Under the pieces are notes generated by a model, which had not been told where the DNA came from, made no database searches, and was given only the letters and a program-made list of their open reading frames with translations. The position numbers and the translations under genes were made by a program. Shown here piece after piece: positions 46,938 through 55,953 of a stretch of 64,000 bases of DNA (position 1 is the first letter of the stretch; each line of letters opens with the position of its first letter). The stretch is from Dissulfurispiraceae bacterium (GTDB lineage Bacteria > Nitrospirota > Thermodesulfovibrionia > Thermodesulfovibrionales > Dissulfurispiraceae), in assembly GCA_035319125.1 (NCBI GenBank), contig DATHDG010000011.1:18820-82819 (forward strand), given 5' to 3'.

Positions 46938-47351
46938 TTAAAAAAACTGCACATGGTTGACCGATTCCATTGCCTTCTGTATCTCGCTGTATGGCACGAT
47001 CTGGGCCCTGGTTTCGCCTCCGAGATCTTCGGCATCCATTATCAGGCTATCCTCCGTGATGCCGAAACGGTCGAGATCCTCCTTGCAGATCAATACATTA
47101 AGGTCAAGCAGCAAAGAGTTTTTAATATGCTGTTCAAGGCTTGTAACGTCATAATGCTTTCCAGCCGCCTGATTCTTGAGACAGTTGAGGACTCCGTCTC
47201 CGATGAAGCAGACTACCGGTTCCACCATGTCGCCGTCTTCGAGATAGATTTCGACAGTCTGGCTGGCAATGGCATGGGTCATGGCAAGGCGCGAAGCCTC
47301 TGTTTTGTACGGAAGTGATCTGACTACGAATGCAAGTTTTGTAGTAGCCAT
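46938..47351 (-). CDS. DsrF/TusC-like protein
   Basis: 137 aa. VCFIGDGVLNCL and ICKEDLDRFGI blocks align with my memory of DsrF/TusC (FxxDGV ... DLxxRGl). The C-terminus ends with F. Confidence 0.65.
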   Translation of the reverse strand: MATTKLAFVVRSLPYKTEASRLAMTHAIASQTVEIYLEDGDMVEPVVCFIGDGVLNCLKNQAAGKHYDVTSLEQHIKNSLLLDLNVLICKEDLDRFGITEDSLIMDAEDLGGETRAQIVPYSEIQKAMESVNHVQFF

Positions 47352-47352
47352 C

Positions 47353-47715
47353 TTATTCGCCTCCTATCATCAGTACTCTGTCAGCATCGAAACTGCTAGC
47401 CAGGTACCAGTCCATGCTCTTGCGGATCCAGCCTTCCATCAGATCTTCTTTATGAAATCCCCTGGCTTCTGCACACGCCTCGCAGGCGCAAGCCTTGAAG
47501 TTGCCGGTAGCAAAAAGTTCATCGAGTGTTTTATAAAGGGTAGAATAGTCTTTGAAGGCGCGCTGTCCCTTCTTTGAGAGCATAGTTGCATTTGAAGATA
47601 CCCAGAAATCGACTTTGTGGCCTTTTTTCACCGCTGCTTCTGAGAGTTTGACCGCGAAGTCGAGAGAGAGTGATCCTACGAGACCCGGAAATACGCCCAT
47701 AGTCAGTTTTCCCAT
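47353..47715 (-). CDS. DsrE/TusD-like protein retaining the active-site-position Cys
   Basis: 120 aa. FKACACEACAEARGF aligns with the DsrE block VVCVAAAQRRGI, with the Cys conserved. Confidence 0.65.
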   Translation of the reverse strand: MGKLTMGVFPGLVGSLSLDFAVKLSEAAVKKGHKVDFWVSSNATMLSKKGQRAFKDYSTLYKTLDELFATGNFKACACEACAEARGFHKEDLMEGWIRKSMDWYLASSFDADRVLMIGGE

Positions 47716-47724
47716 TATATCCTC

Positions 47725-48021
47725 CTATACCCAAATAATCTTTTCGTAGTCGTTGAAGATGAGATCAACTACATCGCCGTAAGTAACGGCTTTGACATTG
47801 CCGGGGAGATTCGCTGCAGTGAATCCCCTGCTTTCCAGGTCTTCCGTCAGAACATAAAAGGTTGCGGATTTCTTGAGGATCGGGTCTGCGCTGCCACCGT
47901 CTTTGACTGTTGCGCGGTAGATACCATTTCCGACGAAGATAATGCCGAGCTTGTCAGCGCTCAACCTGTCTACAACATCTGCGCCGGTGCGGTAATCGCT
48001 CATAAATACACCAAGTTTCAT
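47725..48021 (-). CDS. DsrH/TusB-like protein
   Basis: Track ORF trimmed to ATG 48021 (AGGAGGTG SD upstream), giving 98 aa: IIFVGNGIY...FYVLTEDLESRGF...VTYGDVVDLI...IIWV, which fits the DsrH/TusB pattern. Confidence 0.65.
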   Translation of the reverse strand: MKLGVFMSDYRTGADVVDRLSADKLGIIFVGNGIYRATVKDGGSADPILKKSATFYVLTEDLESRGFTAANLPGNVKAVTYGDVVDLIFNDYEKIIWV

Positions 48022-48255
48022 CCTAACACCTCCTGTATATTTTTGCGCCTTTGAAGATGCCGATGCCCTGTATATAGTGTCATAAGTTATCCGTTTATAA
48101 CAATACTCACTGCCACCTGTCAATTAAAATAAAGTTAACAGTTTATAATATATACTAATGTTCTGATTAGATCAACGTACGTTCAGGGCAATGATTGCCC
48201 CAGACAGCACGTCTCAAAAATGCTCTCTTACCTGAAAGCTTGCTGCGGAGATTGA

Positions 48256-49137
48256 GTGAAGAACGAAATATTTTTTATAAATGATGACACCTCAAAACAT
48301 CTAATTATTTTTATTCATGGCATGGGGATGGATGCAAAGATATGGGCAAAGCCTGACGAGTCACGCGTGCTGGGAGGAAAATACCCTTTGAGCATTTTGC
48401 TTGATGGGAAAGAGCCAATTAGTTCTTTCCATGACCTTGGCGATAAAGGGTATCCGGTACTTGCGTGGAGCCAGAAGCGGCCTGCTGGCCCTATATCTAT
48501 TGCCGTTGATGAATTAATGGAAATTATAGATAAATACAGATTGCGAAAGTATTCCGGCATGATCCTGATAGGCCATAGCAGGGGCGGTCTTGTTGCAAAG
48601 CTATTTATTCAGAGAGAAATAGCGCCGGTTCAGGGGGTTATTACGTTGGGCACTCCTCATAAAGGCTCTACAATAGCCAAGTGGGCGGCTTTCATTTCAC
48701 CGGCTGCTATGGCAATTAAGCGGATGATGGATATGAAGGACAGAGAAGTGCAGACAGCTATTCATCGGGTAATGGCTTTTTTAAGCAGCGATGGACTCCA
48801 GGAGATGCTGCCGGACTCAGACTTGATAAAAAGCCTTCTGGTAGCTCCCAAGAGGGCTCAGAGAGCAATCTCAATCGGAGGCACCGATGCGTCGATCGTG
48901 AAAATTGGCAAAAGGTCTCTTTCATCCATTCTTTGTGAAGTAACGTCGCCAAGGCTGCTTCCTGACGAGCTCATAGACGGTCTCGGTGACGGATTCGTGT
49001 CGGCAGAAAGCGCAGTCTATCCCGGCGGTGACAAGCATCTCAATTTCCGTGTTAATCATGCAGGCCTGATTTTTGATCCTGCTGTAAGAAAATTAATACT
49101 GAAAGAAATCATATCTCTAGATTATGCTACAATGTAG
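48256..49137 (+). CDS. alpha/beta hydrolase (lipase/esterase-like)
   Basis: 293 aa (GTG start). LIIFIHGMGMD and the nucleophile elbow GHSRGG. Confidence 0.65.
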   Translation: MKNEIFFINDDTSKHLIIFIHGMGMDAKIWAKPDESRVLGGKYPLSILLDGKEPISSFHDLGDKGYPVLAWSQKRPAGPISIAVDELMEIIDKYRLRKYSGMILIGHSRGGLVAKLFIQREIAPVQGVITLGTPHKGSTIAKWAAFISPAAMAIKRMMDMKDREVQTAIHRVMAFLSSDGLQEMLPDSDLIKSLLVAPKRAQRAISIGGTDASIVKIGKRSLSSILCEVTSPRLLPDELIDGLGDGFVSAESAVYPGGDKHLNFRVNHAGLIFDPAVRKLILKEIISLDYATM

Positions 49138-49164
49138 CAATATATCGTATATCATAATAAACGT

Positions 49165-50154
49165 ATGGCCATAAACGATTGCACGAATAATGACTCGCTT
49201 AGCGTAGCTAAGCGAGTGTTGAGAATCGAAGCAGACGCTGTTTCAGGCCTCATAGACAAAATCAATGGTGATTTTGACAGGGCCGTTGATATCATTTACC
49301 AGGCTAAAGGCCGTGTTGTCGTTACCGGCATGGGAAAGTCCGGCATTATAGGCAAGAAAATCGCGGCCACTCTTGCTTCTACCGGCACGCCTGCTTTTTT
49401 TCTTCATCCAGCTGAAGCAAGCCACGGCGACCTCGGGATGGTGACTGCAAGAGACGTTATAATAGCTATCTCAAACAGTGGCGAAACTGATGAAATAATA
49501 CAGCTTATTCCTTTTCTGAAACGCTTTGACGTTGCTGTTGTGTCTTTGACCGGCAACGCCAGTTCAACGCTTGCGCGATCCGCAGACGTCAGCCTTGACA
49601 TTTCAGTAACGGAAGAGGCCTGCCCGCTTGGTATTACTCCTACAGCATCTACTACTGCTGCTCTTGCCATGGGTGATGCTATTGCAGTTGCGCTGTTGGT
49701 AAAAAGGGGATTCAAACAGGAAGACTTTGCCTCTTTTCATCCCGCGGGGAGCCTTGGGAAAAAATTGTTTGTAAGGGTCAAAGACTTAATGCATGCTGGA
49801 GAATCTCTGCCTCTGATCGCCTCAGCCATGCCTGTCATGGAAGCAGTAATGGAAATATCATCGAAAAGACTGGGAATTGCTATAGTCGCTGCTTCAGACG
49901 GAAAGATACTTGGCGTAATTACAGACGGTGATGTCCGCCGTGGCATCCAAAAGTGGGGTAAGGAATTTTTCGATATGAAATCTGATGAGGTCATGTCAAG
50001 AAACCCTCGCCTGATCTCAGGGGAAGATCTTGCCGCCAAAGCTTTATCAATGATGCAGACATATTCTATTACTTCTCTTATTGTGCCGGATTCAGAAGGC
50101 AGGGCTGTCGGGATTATTCATTTGCACGACATCTTAAAGAAGGGGATTGTTTAA
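49165..50154 (+). CDS. kdsD: arabinose-5-phosphate isomerase (KpsF/GutQ/KdsD family)
   Basis: 329 aa with a SIS domain (VVVTGMGKSG, ISNSGET) plus tandem CBS domains. Confidence 0.9.
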   Translation: MAINDCTNNDSLSVAKRVLRIEADAVSGLIDKINGDFDRAVDIIYQAKGRVVVTGMGKSGIIGKKIAATLASTGTPAFFLHPAEASHGDLGMVTARDVIIAISNSGETDEIIQLIPFLKRFDVAVVSLTGNASSTLARSADVSLDISVTEEACPLGITPTASTTAALAMGDAIAVALLVKRGFKQEDFASFHPAGSLGKKLFVRVKDLMHAGESLPLIASAMPVMEAVMEISSKRLGIAIVAASDGKILGVITDGDVRRGIQKWGKEFFDMKSDEVMSRNPRLISGEDLAAKALSMMQTYSITSLIVPDSEGRAVGIIHLHDILKKGIV

Positions 50155-50734
50155 TAGTAACGTGGAAAAAAGAGCTCATAATAAGATTAGCAGGTCTGGG
50201 ACTCGCAGCGCGAAAATCATTGCTGCTGCGGCAAAAATAAGGTTGTTGATTCTGGATGTCGATGGAGTTCTTACAGATGGCAGCATTATTCTCGATAACA
50301 ATGGCACTGAAATAAAAAGTTTTCATGTCCGGGATGGCCATGGTATAAAGATGCTTCGCAAGATTGGAATGAGGGTAGCGATCATAACCGGGCGCTACTC
50401 TGAAGTTGTGACACGCCGGTCTATTGAGCTTGGAATTGAAGATGTCTTCCAACGGTGCCATGTAAAAACGGAAGCTTATGAGAAACTTCTGGATAAGTAT
50501 CGCCTGTCCGACTATGAAACTGCTTATATCGGCGATGACGTTGTGGATATTTCTCTTCTTAAGAGGGTTGGCCTGCCGGTAGTTGTAGCCGATGCTCATG
50601 ATGAGGCGAAGAAATACGCTCTCATGATAACAGAAAAGCCAGGAGGCCGTGGAGCTGTCCGGGAGATAACGGATTTGCTCATTAAAGCATACGGCAAGTG
50701 GGACGAGATTATAGATGAGTACGATAAGGCTTAA
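50147..50734 (+). CDS. kdsC: 3-deoxy-D-manno-octulosonate 8-phosphate phosphatase
   Basis: HAD motifs LLILDVDGVLTDG and IGDDVVD. The start is ambiguous (TTG 50147 or GTG 50162). Confidence 0.85.
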   Translation: MFNSNVEKRAHNKISRSGTRSAKIIAAAAKIRLLILDVDGVLTDGSIILDNNGTEIKSFHVRDGHGIKMLRKIGMRVAIITGRYSEVVTRRSIELGIEDVFQRCHVKTEAYEKLLDKYRLSDYETAYIGDDVVDISLLKRVGLPVVVADAHDEAKKYALMITEKPGGRGAVREITDLLIKAYGKWDEIIDEYDKA

Positions 50735-51251
50735 CGTCCCGACTTTACTGACGTTCAGCCGGATTATTCTAATTCCTTTTTTCGTGCTGATAACGCCCGC
50801 AAGTCCTGTTCTTGGAGTGACAATTTTTTTGATCGCTTCGCTCACGGATTTTCTCGACGGTTTTCTTGCTCGACGCTCTGGTCAGATCACTAAATTCGGC
50901 ATAATCCTCGACCCGATAGCCGACAAATTTCTCGTGATATCAGCCCTCATATTGCTCGTTGATATGAGCCGCATTGCGGCTTGGATAGCCATTGCTATAA
51001 TAGTCAGGGAATTTCTGGTTACAGCCATTAGGGTAGTTGCTCTTTCTATGAATATTGTCATCCCGGCCGAGACTGGTGGCAAGTGGAAGACGGCACTCCA
51101 AATGACGTCAATTGTACTGCTTCTATTGCCGTATAGTTTGGGTTTTGTGGATTTCTACGACATAGGATTGGTCCTGATGTACATAGCCCTGATTCTGGCC
51201 ATAACGTCGGGGATCAAATATACAATATCTTTTTGGAGACATTTCCAATGA
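50715..51251 (+). CDS. pgsA: CDP-diacylglycerol-glycerol-3-phosphate 3-phosphatidyltransferase
   Basis: 178 aa with the CDP-alcohol phosphatidyltransferase motif DFLDGFLARRSGQITKFGIILDPIADK. Confidence 0.85.
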   Translation: MSTIRLNVPTLLTFSRIILIPFFVLITPASPVLGVTIFLIASLTDFLDGFLARRSGQITKFGIILDPIADKFLVISALILLVDMSRIAAWIAIAIIVREFLVTAIRVVALSMNIVIPAETGGKWKTALQMTSIVLLLLPYSLGFVDFYDIGLVLMYIALILAITSGIKYTISFWRHFQ

Positions 51252-51895
51252 TAGCTGTACTGCTTGTTGCTGCCTTTCTGTTCGGATCTATACCAACAGG
51301 TCTGCTGATTGCGACTTTCAAGGGAGTTGATCTGAGGAAGATCGGCAGTGGAAATATAGGCGCTACAAACGTTTTGCGCGCACTGGGAAGGGGGGCAGCG
51401 CTTGCCACTCTGATTGGCGACATGCTTAAGGGCTTGCTTCCTGTTCTGGCTGTCAGACACCTCTTGCCCGATATGGGTATTCAGTTTTCAGATCAATATT
51501 TGTCTCTTCCATTTACGATAACAAACGCTCACACGGCTCTGGAGGGGGCTGTTGGAATCGCGGCCATACTTGGACACAACTTCTCGATATTTCTGAAATT
51601 CAAAGGTGGAAAGGGAGTTGCAACGAGTCTTGGAGTCGCATTGGCGCTATCACCGCATGCTGCACTAATGGCTGCAACGGTATGGCTGCTCGCATTCAAA
51701 TTTTCCGGCTATTCATCGCTCGGCGGGATTCTGGCATTTGCATCATTTCCCTTTTGCATATACGTGATTGACTATTCTCCTGATAAGATCGGCATAGCTG
51801 CTATTATGGCTGCACTTATATTCATTACTCATCGCGGAAATATCAAAAGGCTGCTTACAGGCACCGAGAACAAGGTCCTGAGGAACAATAAATGA
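51248..51895 (+). CDS. plsY: glycerol-3-phosphate acyltransferase PlsY
   Basis: FLFGSIPTG and GSGNIGATN blocks. I chose ATG 51248 (ATGA overlap with the pgsA stop). The track start is 51233. Confidence 0.9.
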   Translation: MIAVLLVAAFLFGSIPTGLLIATFKGVDLRKIGSGNIGATNVLRALGRGAALATLIGDMLKGLLPVLAVRHLLPDMGIQFSDQYLSLPFTITNAHTALEGAVGIAAILGHNFSIFLKFKGGKGVATSLGVALALSPHAALMAATVWLLAFKFSGYSSLGGILAFASFPFCIYVIDYSPDKIGIAAIMAALIFITHRGNIKRLLTGTENKVLRNNK

Positions 51896-52608
51896 GACGC
51901 GCTGTTGTTCTTCTCAGCGGAGGTGTTGATTCTTCGACCACGTTGGCGATAGCAAAGGCCGAGGGTTATGAATTGTATGCCATTACTTTCGATTATGGAC
52001 AGCGTCACAAGATTGAGCTTGAATCGGCTGCTAAGGTCGCCTCTAGCCTAGGGGTGAAAAAACATCTGGTGACTCGGTTTGATATGAGGGCTATCGGAGG
52101 ATCAGCGCTAACGGATGATATCGACGTGCCGAAATATCAGAAGTCAGGAGTCAGAAGTCGGAAGTCAGAAGAAAAACAGGAAATTATCCCTGTGACGTAT
52201 GTGCCTGCCCGCAATACAGTATTTCTTTCATTTGCTTTGGCCTGGTCTGAGGTGCTGCATGCGCAGGATATTTTTATTGGGGCCAATGCAGTGGATTACA
52301 GCGGTTATCCCGACTGCAGGCCGGAATATCTGAAGGCATTTGAGAATATGGCAAATCTGGCTACTAAAGTAGCAGTCGAGGGCATGATCAGGTTTTCCAT
52401 TCGTGCGCCCTTGCTCTTGTTGTCAAAGTTAGAGATAATTAAGAAGGGCATGGCTTTGGGACTCGACTATTCATTAACCTGGAGCTGTTATGACCCGCAA
52501 CCTTTAGGCATGGATGTTCACGGCTATAAAGCCTGCGGCAGGTGTGACAGCTGTCTGTTCAGAAAGAAAGGCTTTGACGAGGCCGGCATAGCAGATCCTG
52601 CATTCTGA
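51892..52608 (+). CDS. queC: 7-cyano-7-deazaguanine synthase
   Basis: 238 aa with the PP-loop [10 protein letters not shown] and a C-terminal zinc Cys cluster ([10 protein letters not shown]). ATGA overlap with plsY. Confidence 0.9.
   Translation: MRRAVVLLSGGVDSSTTLAIAKAEGYELYAITFDYGQRHKIELESAAKVASSLGVKKHLVTRFDMRAIGGSALTDDIDVPKYQKSGVRSRKSEEKQEIIPVTYVPARNTVFLSFALAWSEVLHAQDIFIGANAVDYSGYPDCRPEYLKAFENMANLATKVAVEGMIRFSIRAPLLLLSKLEIIKKGMALGLDYSLTWSCYDPQPLGMDVHGYKACGRCDSCLFRKKGFDEAGIADPAF
52141..52171 (+). repeat. heptanucleotide tandem repeat (RAGTCRG, about 4.4 copies) inside queC
   Basis: Read directly: AAGTCAG GAGTCAG AAGTCGG AAGTCAG AAG. It encodes part of [11 protein letters not shown]. Confidence 0.85.
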
Positions 52609-52636
52609 AGTCCGGCTGAAAGCTGGATATTATGTC

Positions 52637-53692
52637 ATGAAAACAATTTTTCTATCTTCGAATTCCGATTCAGTCGGAAAGACTATGATAACTATTGGAC
52701 TTACCCTTAAACTCAAGGAGCTTGGGTTTAAGGTTGGTTATATGAAGCCGTTAGGAAGAAAACCGGTACGCACAGATTATGGAACTCACGATGAGGATGC
52801 TCTCTTTATCAACGAAGTTTTGGAGTTAAAAGAACCATTGGACATTGTGTCTCCTTTCGTTGTCGACTGCCATTCATTTGATGGGGGTGTCAGCAGCACT
52901 ACAACTTGTGCATGCGGGCGGGTGCTGGATGCATATCCGTCATTCAGTAACAAAGACTTTTTGCTGATCAGCGGCGGTGTGGATGTCTTTGATGGGGCCG
53001 CATTTGATATCGGCATATTGAAACTCCTGAAAGACTTGGATGCCAGAGCCATTATTATCGATAAATGGAATGGCTTTGCGACTGCTGACACGATTTTAGG
53101 CGCTGCAAGACTGTATGAAGGCCGGTGCGTTGGCTGTGTCATAAATAAAGTCCCAAAAAACATGGTATCGCATGTAAGGAAATCTATCAAGCCGTTTATA
53201 GAAAAAAACGGAGTCAATGTCCTCGGTATAATTCCGGTGGACAAGCTTCTGCAGGCATTGACTGTGCGCGAGCTGGCTGAAACGCTGGACGGTACGGTAG
53301 TCTGCTGCGAAAGGAACATTGACCAGTATGTACATAATTATCTGATCGGAGCGATGGATCCTGAGAGCGCGCATAAGTATTTCAGACGCGTCGAAGATAA
53401 GGTTGTTATAACGGGGGCACATAACTCGGAGATGCAGATTGCGGCACTTGAGGCATCTGCGAAATGCATAGTCATAACCGGTAGTGTGCGGATAAGTGAC
53501 AGGATCATAGGTCAGGCCATCTCCAGAGGAGTGCCGATAATATCTGTATCAGACGATACTTTTACTGCAGTGCAAAAAATTGAATCGTCTCTTGGCAGCT
53601 TAACAATACGGGCAAAAGATAAAGTTGCCCGTGCAAGAGACATTGTCGACAGAGACTTTAACATTGGCACTTTGTTAGAGGCATTTGCATGA
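52637..53692 (+). CDS. phosphotransacetylase-N-terminal-like protein (BioD-like P-loop + DRTGG domain)
   Basis: 351 aa. FLSSNSDSVGKTMITIGL P-loop-like N-terminus. The C-terminal region (VITGAHNSEMQIAALEASAKCIVITG...PIISVSDDTF) resembles a DRTGG domain. Confidence 0.6.
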   Translation: MKTIFLSSNSDSVGKTMITIGLTLKLKELGFKVGYMKPLGRKPVRTDYGTHDEDALFINEVLELKEPLDIVSPFVVDCHSFDGGVSSTTTCACGRVLDAYPSFSNKDFLLISGGVDVFDGAAFDIGILKLLKDLDARAIIIDKWNGFATADTILGAARLYEGRCVGCVINKVPKNMVSHVRKSIKPFIEKNGVNVLGIIPVDKLLQALTVRELAETLDGTVVCCERNIDQYVHNYLIGAMDPESAHKYFRRVEDKVVITGAHNSEMQIAALEASAKCIVITGSVRISDRIIGQAISRGVPIISVSDDTFTAVQKIESSLGSLTIRAKDKVARARDIVDRDFNIGTLLEAFA

Positions 53693-53843
53693 TCAGCCTG
53701 TCGTAATAAATCTTATTCATGCAAATCATAGGAGTAAAATAGTGCTATTATCAAACAATTGCAGGTTGGTTTAAATACAACTGAATAATGCGATATACTC
53801 AATCATCTGCTTAAATGAATACTGCCGATTCTGAAACAAAAGT

Positions 53844-54473
53844 ATGATAAGAGTCCTTATCGCCGATGACCATAAAATCGTCAGAGAGGGCATTAAACAA
53901 ATTCTTTCTCGCGTCCCCGATATCGAAGTCGCCGGCGAAGCTGGAACCGGCCAGGAAGCTCTCGAAAAGATTTGGGCTAATCATTATGATGTCGTAATAC
54001 TTGACATATCTCTGCCTGGACGCAACGGGCTGGAAATACTTAAGCAGATTAGGACACAGATGCCAAAACTTCCTGTGCTGATTCTCAGCATGTTTCCTGA
54101 AGAGCAATACGCAATCCGCGTATTCAGGGCCGGCGCGTCAGGATATCTGACAAAGGAAAGTGACAGAGACGAAATCGTTCAGGCCGTTCGGTGGATAGCT
54201 GAAGGTAAGAAATATGTCACTCCATCACTGGCTGAAAAGCTTGCGGCTGAATTTGAACCGTCTTCAACCAAGGCATTGCATGAACAGCTTTCTGACCGCG
54301 AATATCACATTCTCTGCCTTATTGCACAAGGTAAAAGCAGCAATGATATCGCGGAAGAGCTTGCTCTTAGCGTAAAGACTATCAGCACTCATCGCTCGCG
54401 CGTTCTCGAGAAGATGTCCATGAAGTCTAATGCCGAGCTGACTCACTACGCGGTTCAGAACAAACTTGTCTGA
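53844..54473 (+). CDS. NarL/FixJ (LuxR-type) response regulator
   Basis: 209 aa. Receiver (IRVLIADDH...VVILDISLPG...K) plus a LuxR HTH (LSDREYHILCLIAQGKSSNDIAEELALSVKTISTHRSRVLEKM). No adjacent histidine kinase. Confidence 0.9.
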   Translation: MIRVLIADDHKIVREGIKQILSRVPDIEVAGEAGTGQEALEKIWANHYDVVILDISLPGRNGLEILKQIRTQMPKLPVLILSMFPEEQYAIRVFRAGASGYLTKESDRDEIVQAVRWIAEGKKYVTPSLAEKLAAEFEPSSTKALHEQLSDREYHILCLIAQGKSSNDIAEELALSVKTISTHRSRVLEKMSMKSNAELTHYAVQNKLV

Positions 54474-54573
54474 GGATCATCTGAGCAATCCTGCATATGT
54501 TTCTGTGAAGCAAATAGGCCTCAAGGATTTATTCGGCTATACTGTTAAAATCAGATGAAAAGGAGAACGCGTT

Positions 54574-55458
54574 ATGGCAACTAATATTCATACAATAACC
54601 TGCGCCGTTGTAACGTTATTTTTAGTGGGCCTTGTTGCAAATGTACCCTGTCCTGCACATGATATGAATGATATGCAGGCATTGGAGAACAGCCAGTCAG
54701 AAGAGCCGGCAGTGGTGTTGCGTAATGAGCCGACCGTCATCAAGGCTGGAGAAAACCAGACTCTTACTATTTCACTCACCGATTCTTCAGGAAATCCGTT
54801 GCATGGACTTACAGTTACGCACGATCGCATAATGCATGTAATTATTGTGAGCCGGGACTTTACAGTTTTTTCTCACATCCATCCGGAAGATTTCGGTCCT
54901 ATTACAGACGCTATGAAAGAATCAGCAAAATATCCGGTGCATTATATCTTTCCAAAAGCTGGCAGCTATATTATAGGTGTGGATTTTGCTTATAAGGATC
55001 GGGCATACTCGAGGCATTTTGTTATTGACGCCCTTGGTGAAAAGCCGGTTGGGTCTGCGAGCATTGATCTAACACGAAAGAAGAAATTTGGAACATATGA
55101 TGTCACACTGACTTCATCGCCTGAAGCTGTTTCTGCAGGGAAAGAGGTTATGCTTACTTATAGTTTTGCAAAAAACGGGGAGCCGGTTACGGATCTGGAG
55201 CCTTATCTTTCCGCCTATATGCATGCCGCTATAATATCTTCAGATTTCCAATATTTCATGCATGAACACGGAATGGCGCCGGGCATGGCCGAGCATGTGC
55301 ACCATATGATGATGCATAACATGTCTATCCCGGAAAAGTTTGGGCCTGTTTTAGAACTCCGCGTAACCTTCCCATCATCTGGAGTCTACGAAATTTTTGG
55401 AGAAGTTAAGCATGAGGGAAAAGTGATATTGACGAGTTTCATGGTCGAAGTTAAATAG
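54574..55458 (+). CDS. secreted protein with two internally repeated beta-rich domains and a His/Met-rich insert
   Basis: 294 aa with an N-terminal hydrophobic leader. The two halves share AG...LT...MH..I.S.DF..F.H.H...FP..G.Y.I. The second carries MAPGMAEHVHHMMMHNM. Confidence 0.5.
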   Translation: MATNIHTITCAVVTLFLVGLVANVPCPAHDMNDMQALENSQSEEPAVVLRNEPTVIKAGENQTLTISLTDSSGNPLHGLTVTHDRIMHVIIVSRDFTVFSHIHPEDFGPITDAMKESAKYPVHYIFPKAGSYIIGVDFAYKDRAYSRHFVIDALGEKPVGSASIDLTRKKKFGTYDVTLTSSPEAVSAGKEVMLTYSFAKNGEPVTDLEPYLSAYMHAAIISSDFQYFMHEHGMAPGMAEHVHHMMMHNMSIPEKFGPVLELRVTFPSSGVYEIFGEVKHEGKVILTSFMVEVK

Positions 55459-55465
55459 GTCAAGT

Positions 55466-55726
55466 ATGCATACAGATGAATATCAGATCTCATTGAATCG
55501 TGAGATTGGTGTTTGCAGGGATAAGATAGCTTTGGCCAGGCAGATACTTGTACAGCTTGAAATCTCGCATGGCATTAAGACGGAGCAGTTTGTCGGAGCG
55601 GAGTTGGGCCATGCAACTATATCGGAGAAAGACAAAAAGATTTGGAAGGAGGCTGTTGCAACTCTTTCCGTCTGGAGCGAAAGACTGAGAGAGTATGAAG
55701 TTATTTATGACGGCATGAAAAAATAG
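55466..55726 (+). CDS. hypothetical protein, 86 aa
   Basis: ORF 8 nt after the preceding gene. I recognise no motif. Confidence 0.4.
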   Translation: MHTDEYQISLNREIGVCRDKIALARQILVQLEISHGIKTEQFVGAELGHATISEKDKKIWKEAVATLSVWSERLREYEVIYDGMKK

Positions 55727-55747
55727 GGGCGTTGCATACAACGCCCC
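55726..55747 (-). terminator. rho-independent terminator for the minus-strand transporter operon
   Basis: GGGGCGTTG / CAACGCCCC 9-bp stem with a 4-nt loop. The A-run on the plus strand reads as a U tract on the minus strand. Confidence 0.6.
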
Positions 55748-55772
55748 TATGGTAATCAAGTGATCTCGCCTG

Positions 55773-55940
55773 CTAATGTCCGGCCGGAAAGAATGTATAA
55801 CTAATCCAGACCAGCAAGGCCAATCCGCCGACGCCCAGTATAAGGCTCCAGGCTATGAGCTTCTTTTCAACCGGAAGTAATGGTTCATATTCTGCATCCA
55901 TCTTTTTAAGTTCATCAGTAAGTTTTGGTGCTTCGGCCAT
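55773..55940 (-). CDS. small single-TM membrane protein, 55 aa
   Basis: Below the track cut-off. MAEAPKLTDELKKMDAEYEPLLPVEKKLIAWSLILGVGGLALLVWISYTFFPAGH. A GGAGGA SD lies upstream. It begins 13 nt after the transporter stop. Confidence 0.5.
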   Translation of the reverse strand: MAEAPKLTDELKKMDAEYEPLLPVEKKLIAWSLILGVGGLALLVWISYTFFPAGH

Positions 55941-55953
55941 ATATCCTCCTTTT

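Noticed and set aside
50114-50845. 243-aa ORF antisense to kdsC/pgsA
   Set aside because: It lies opposite two genes with clear HAD and CDP-alcohol transferase motifs, and I recognise no family in it.
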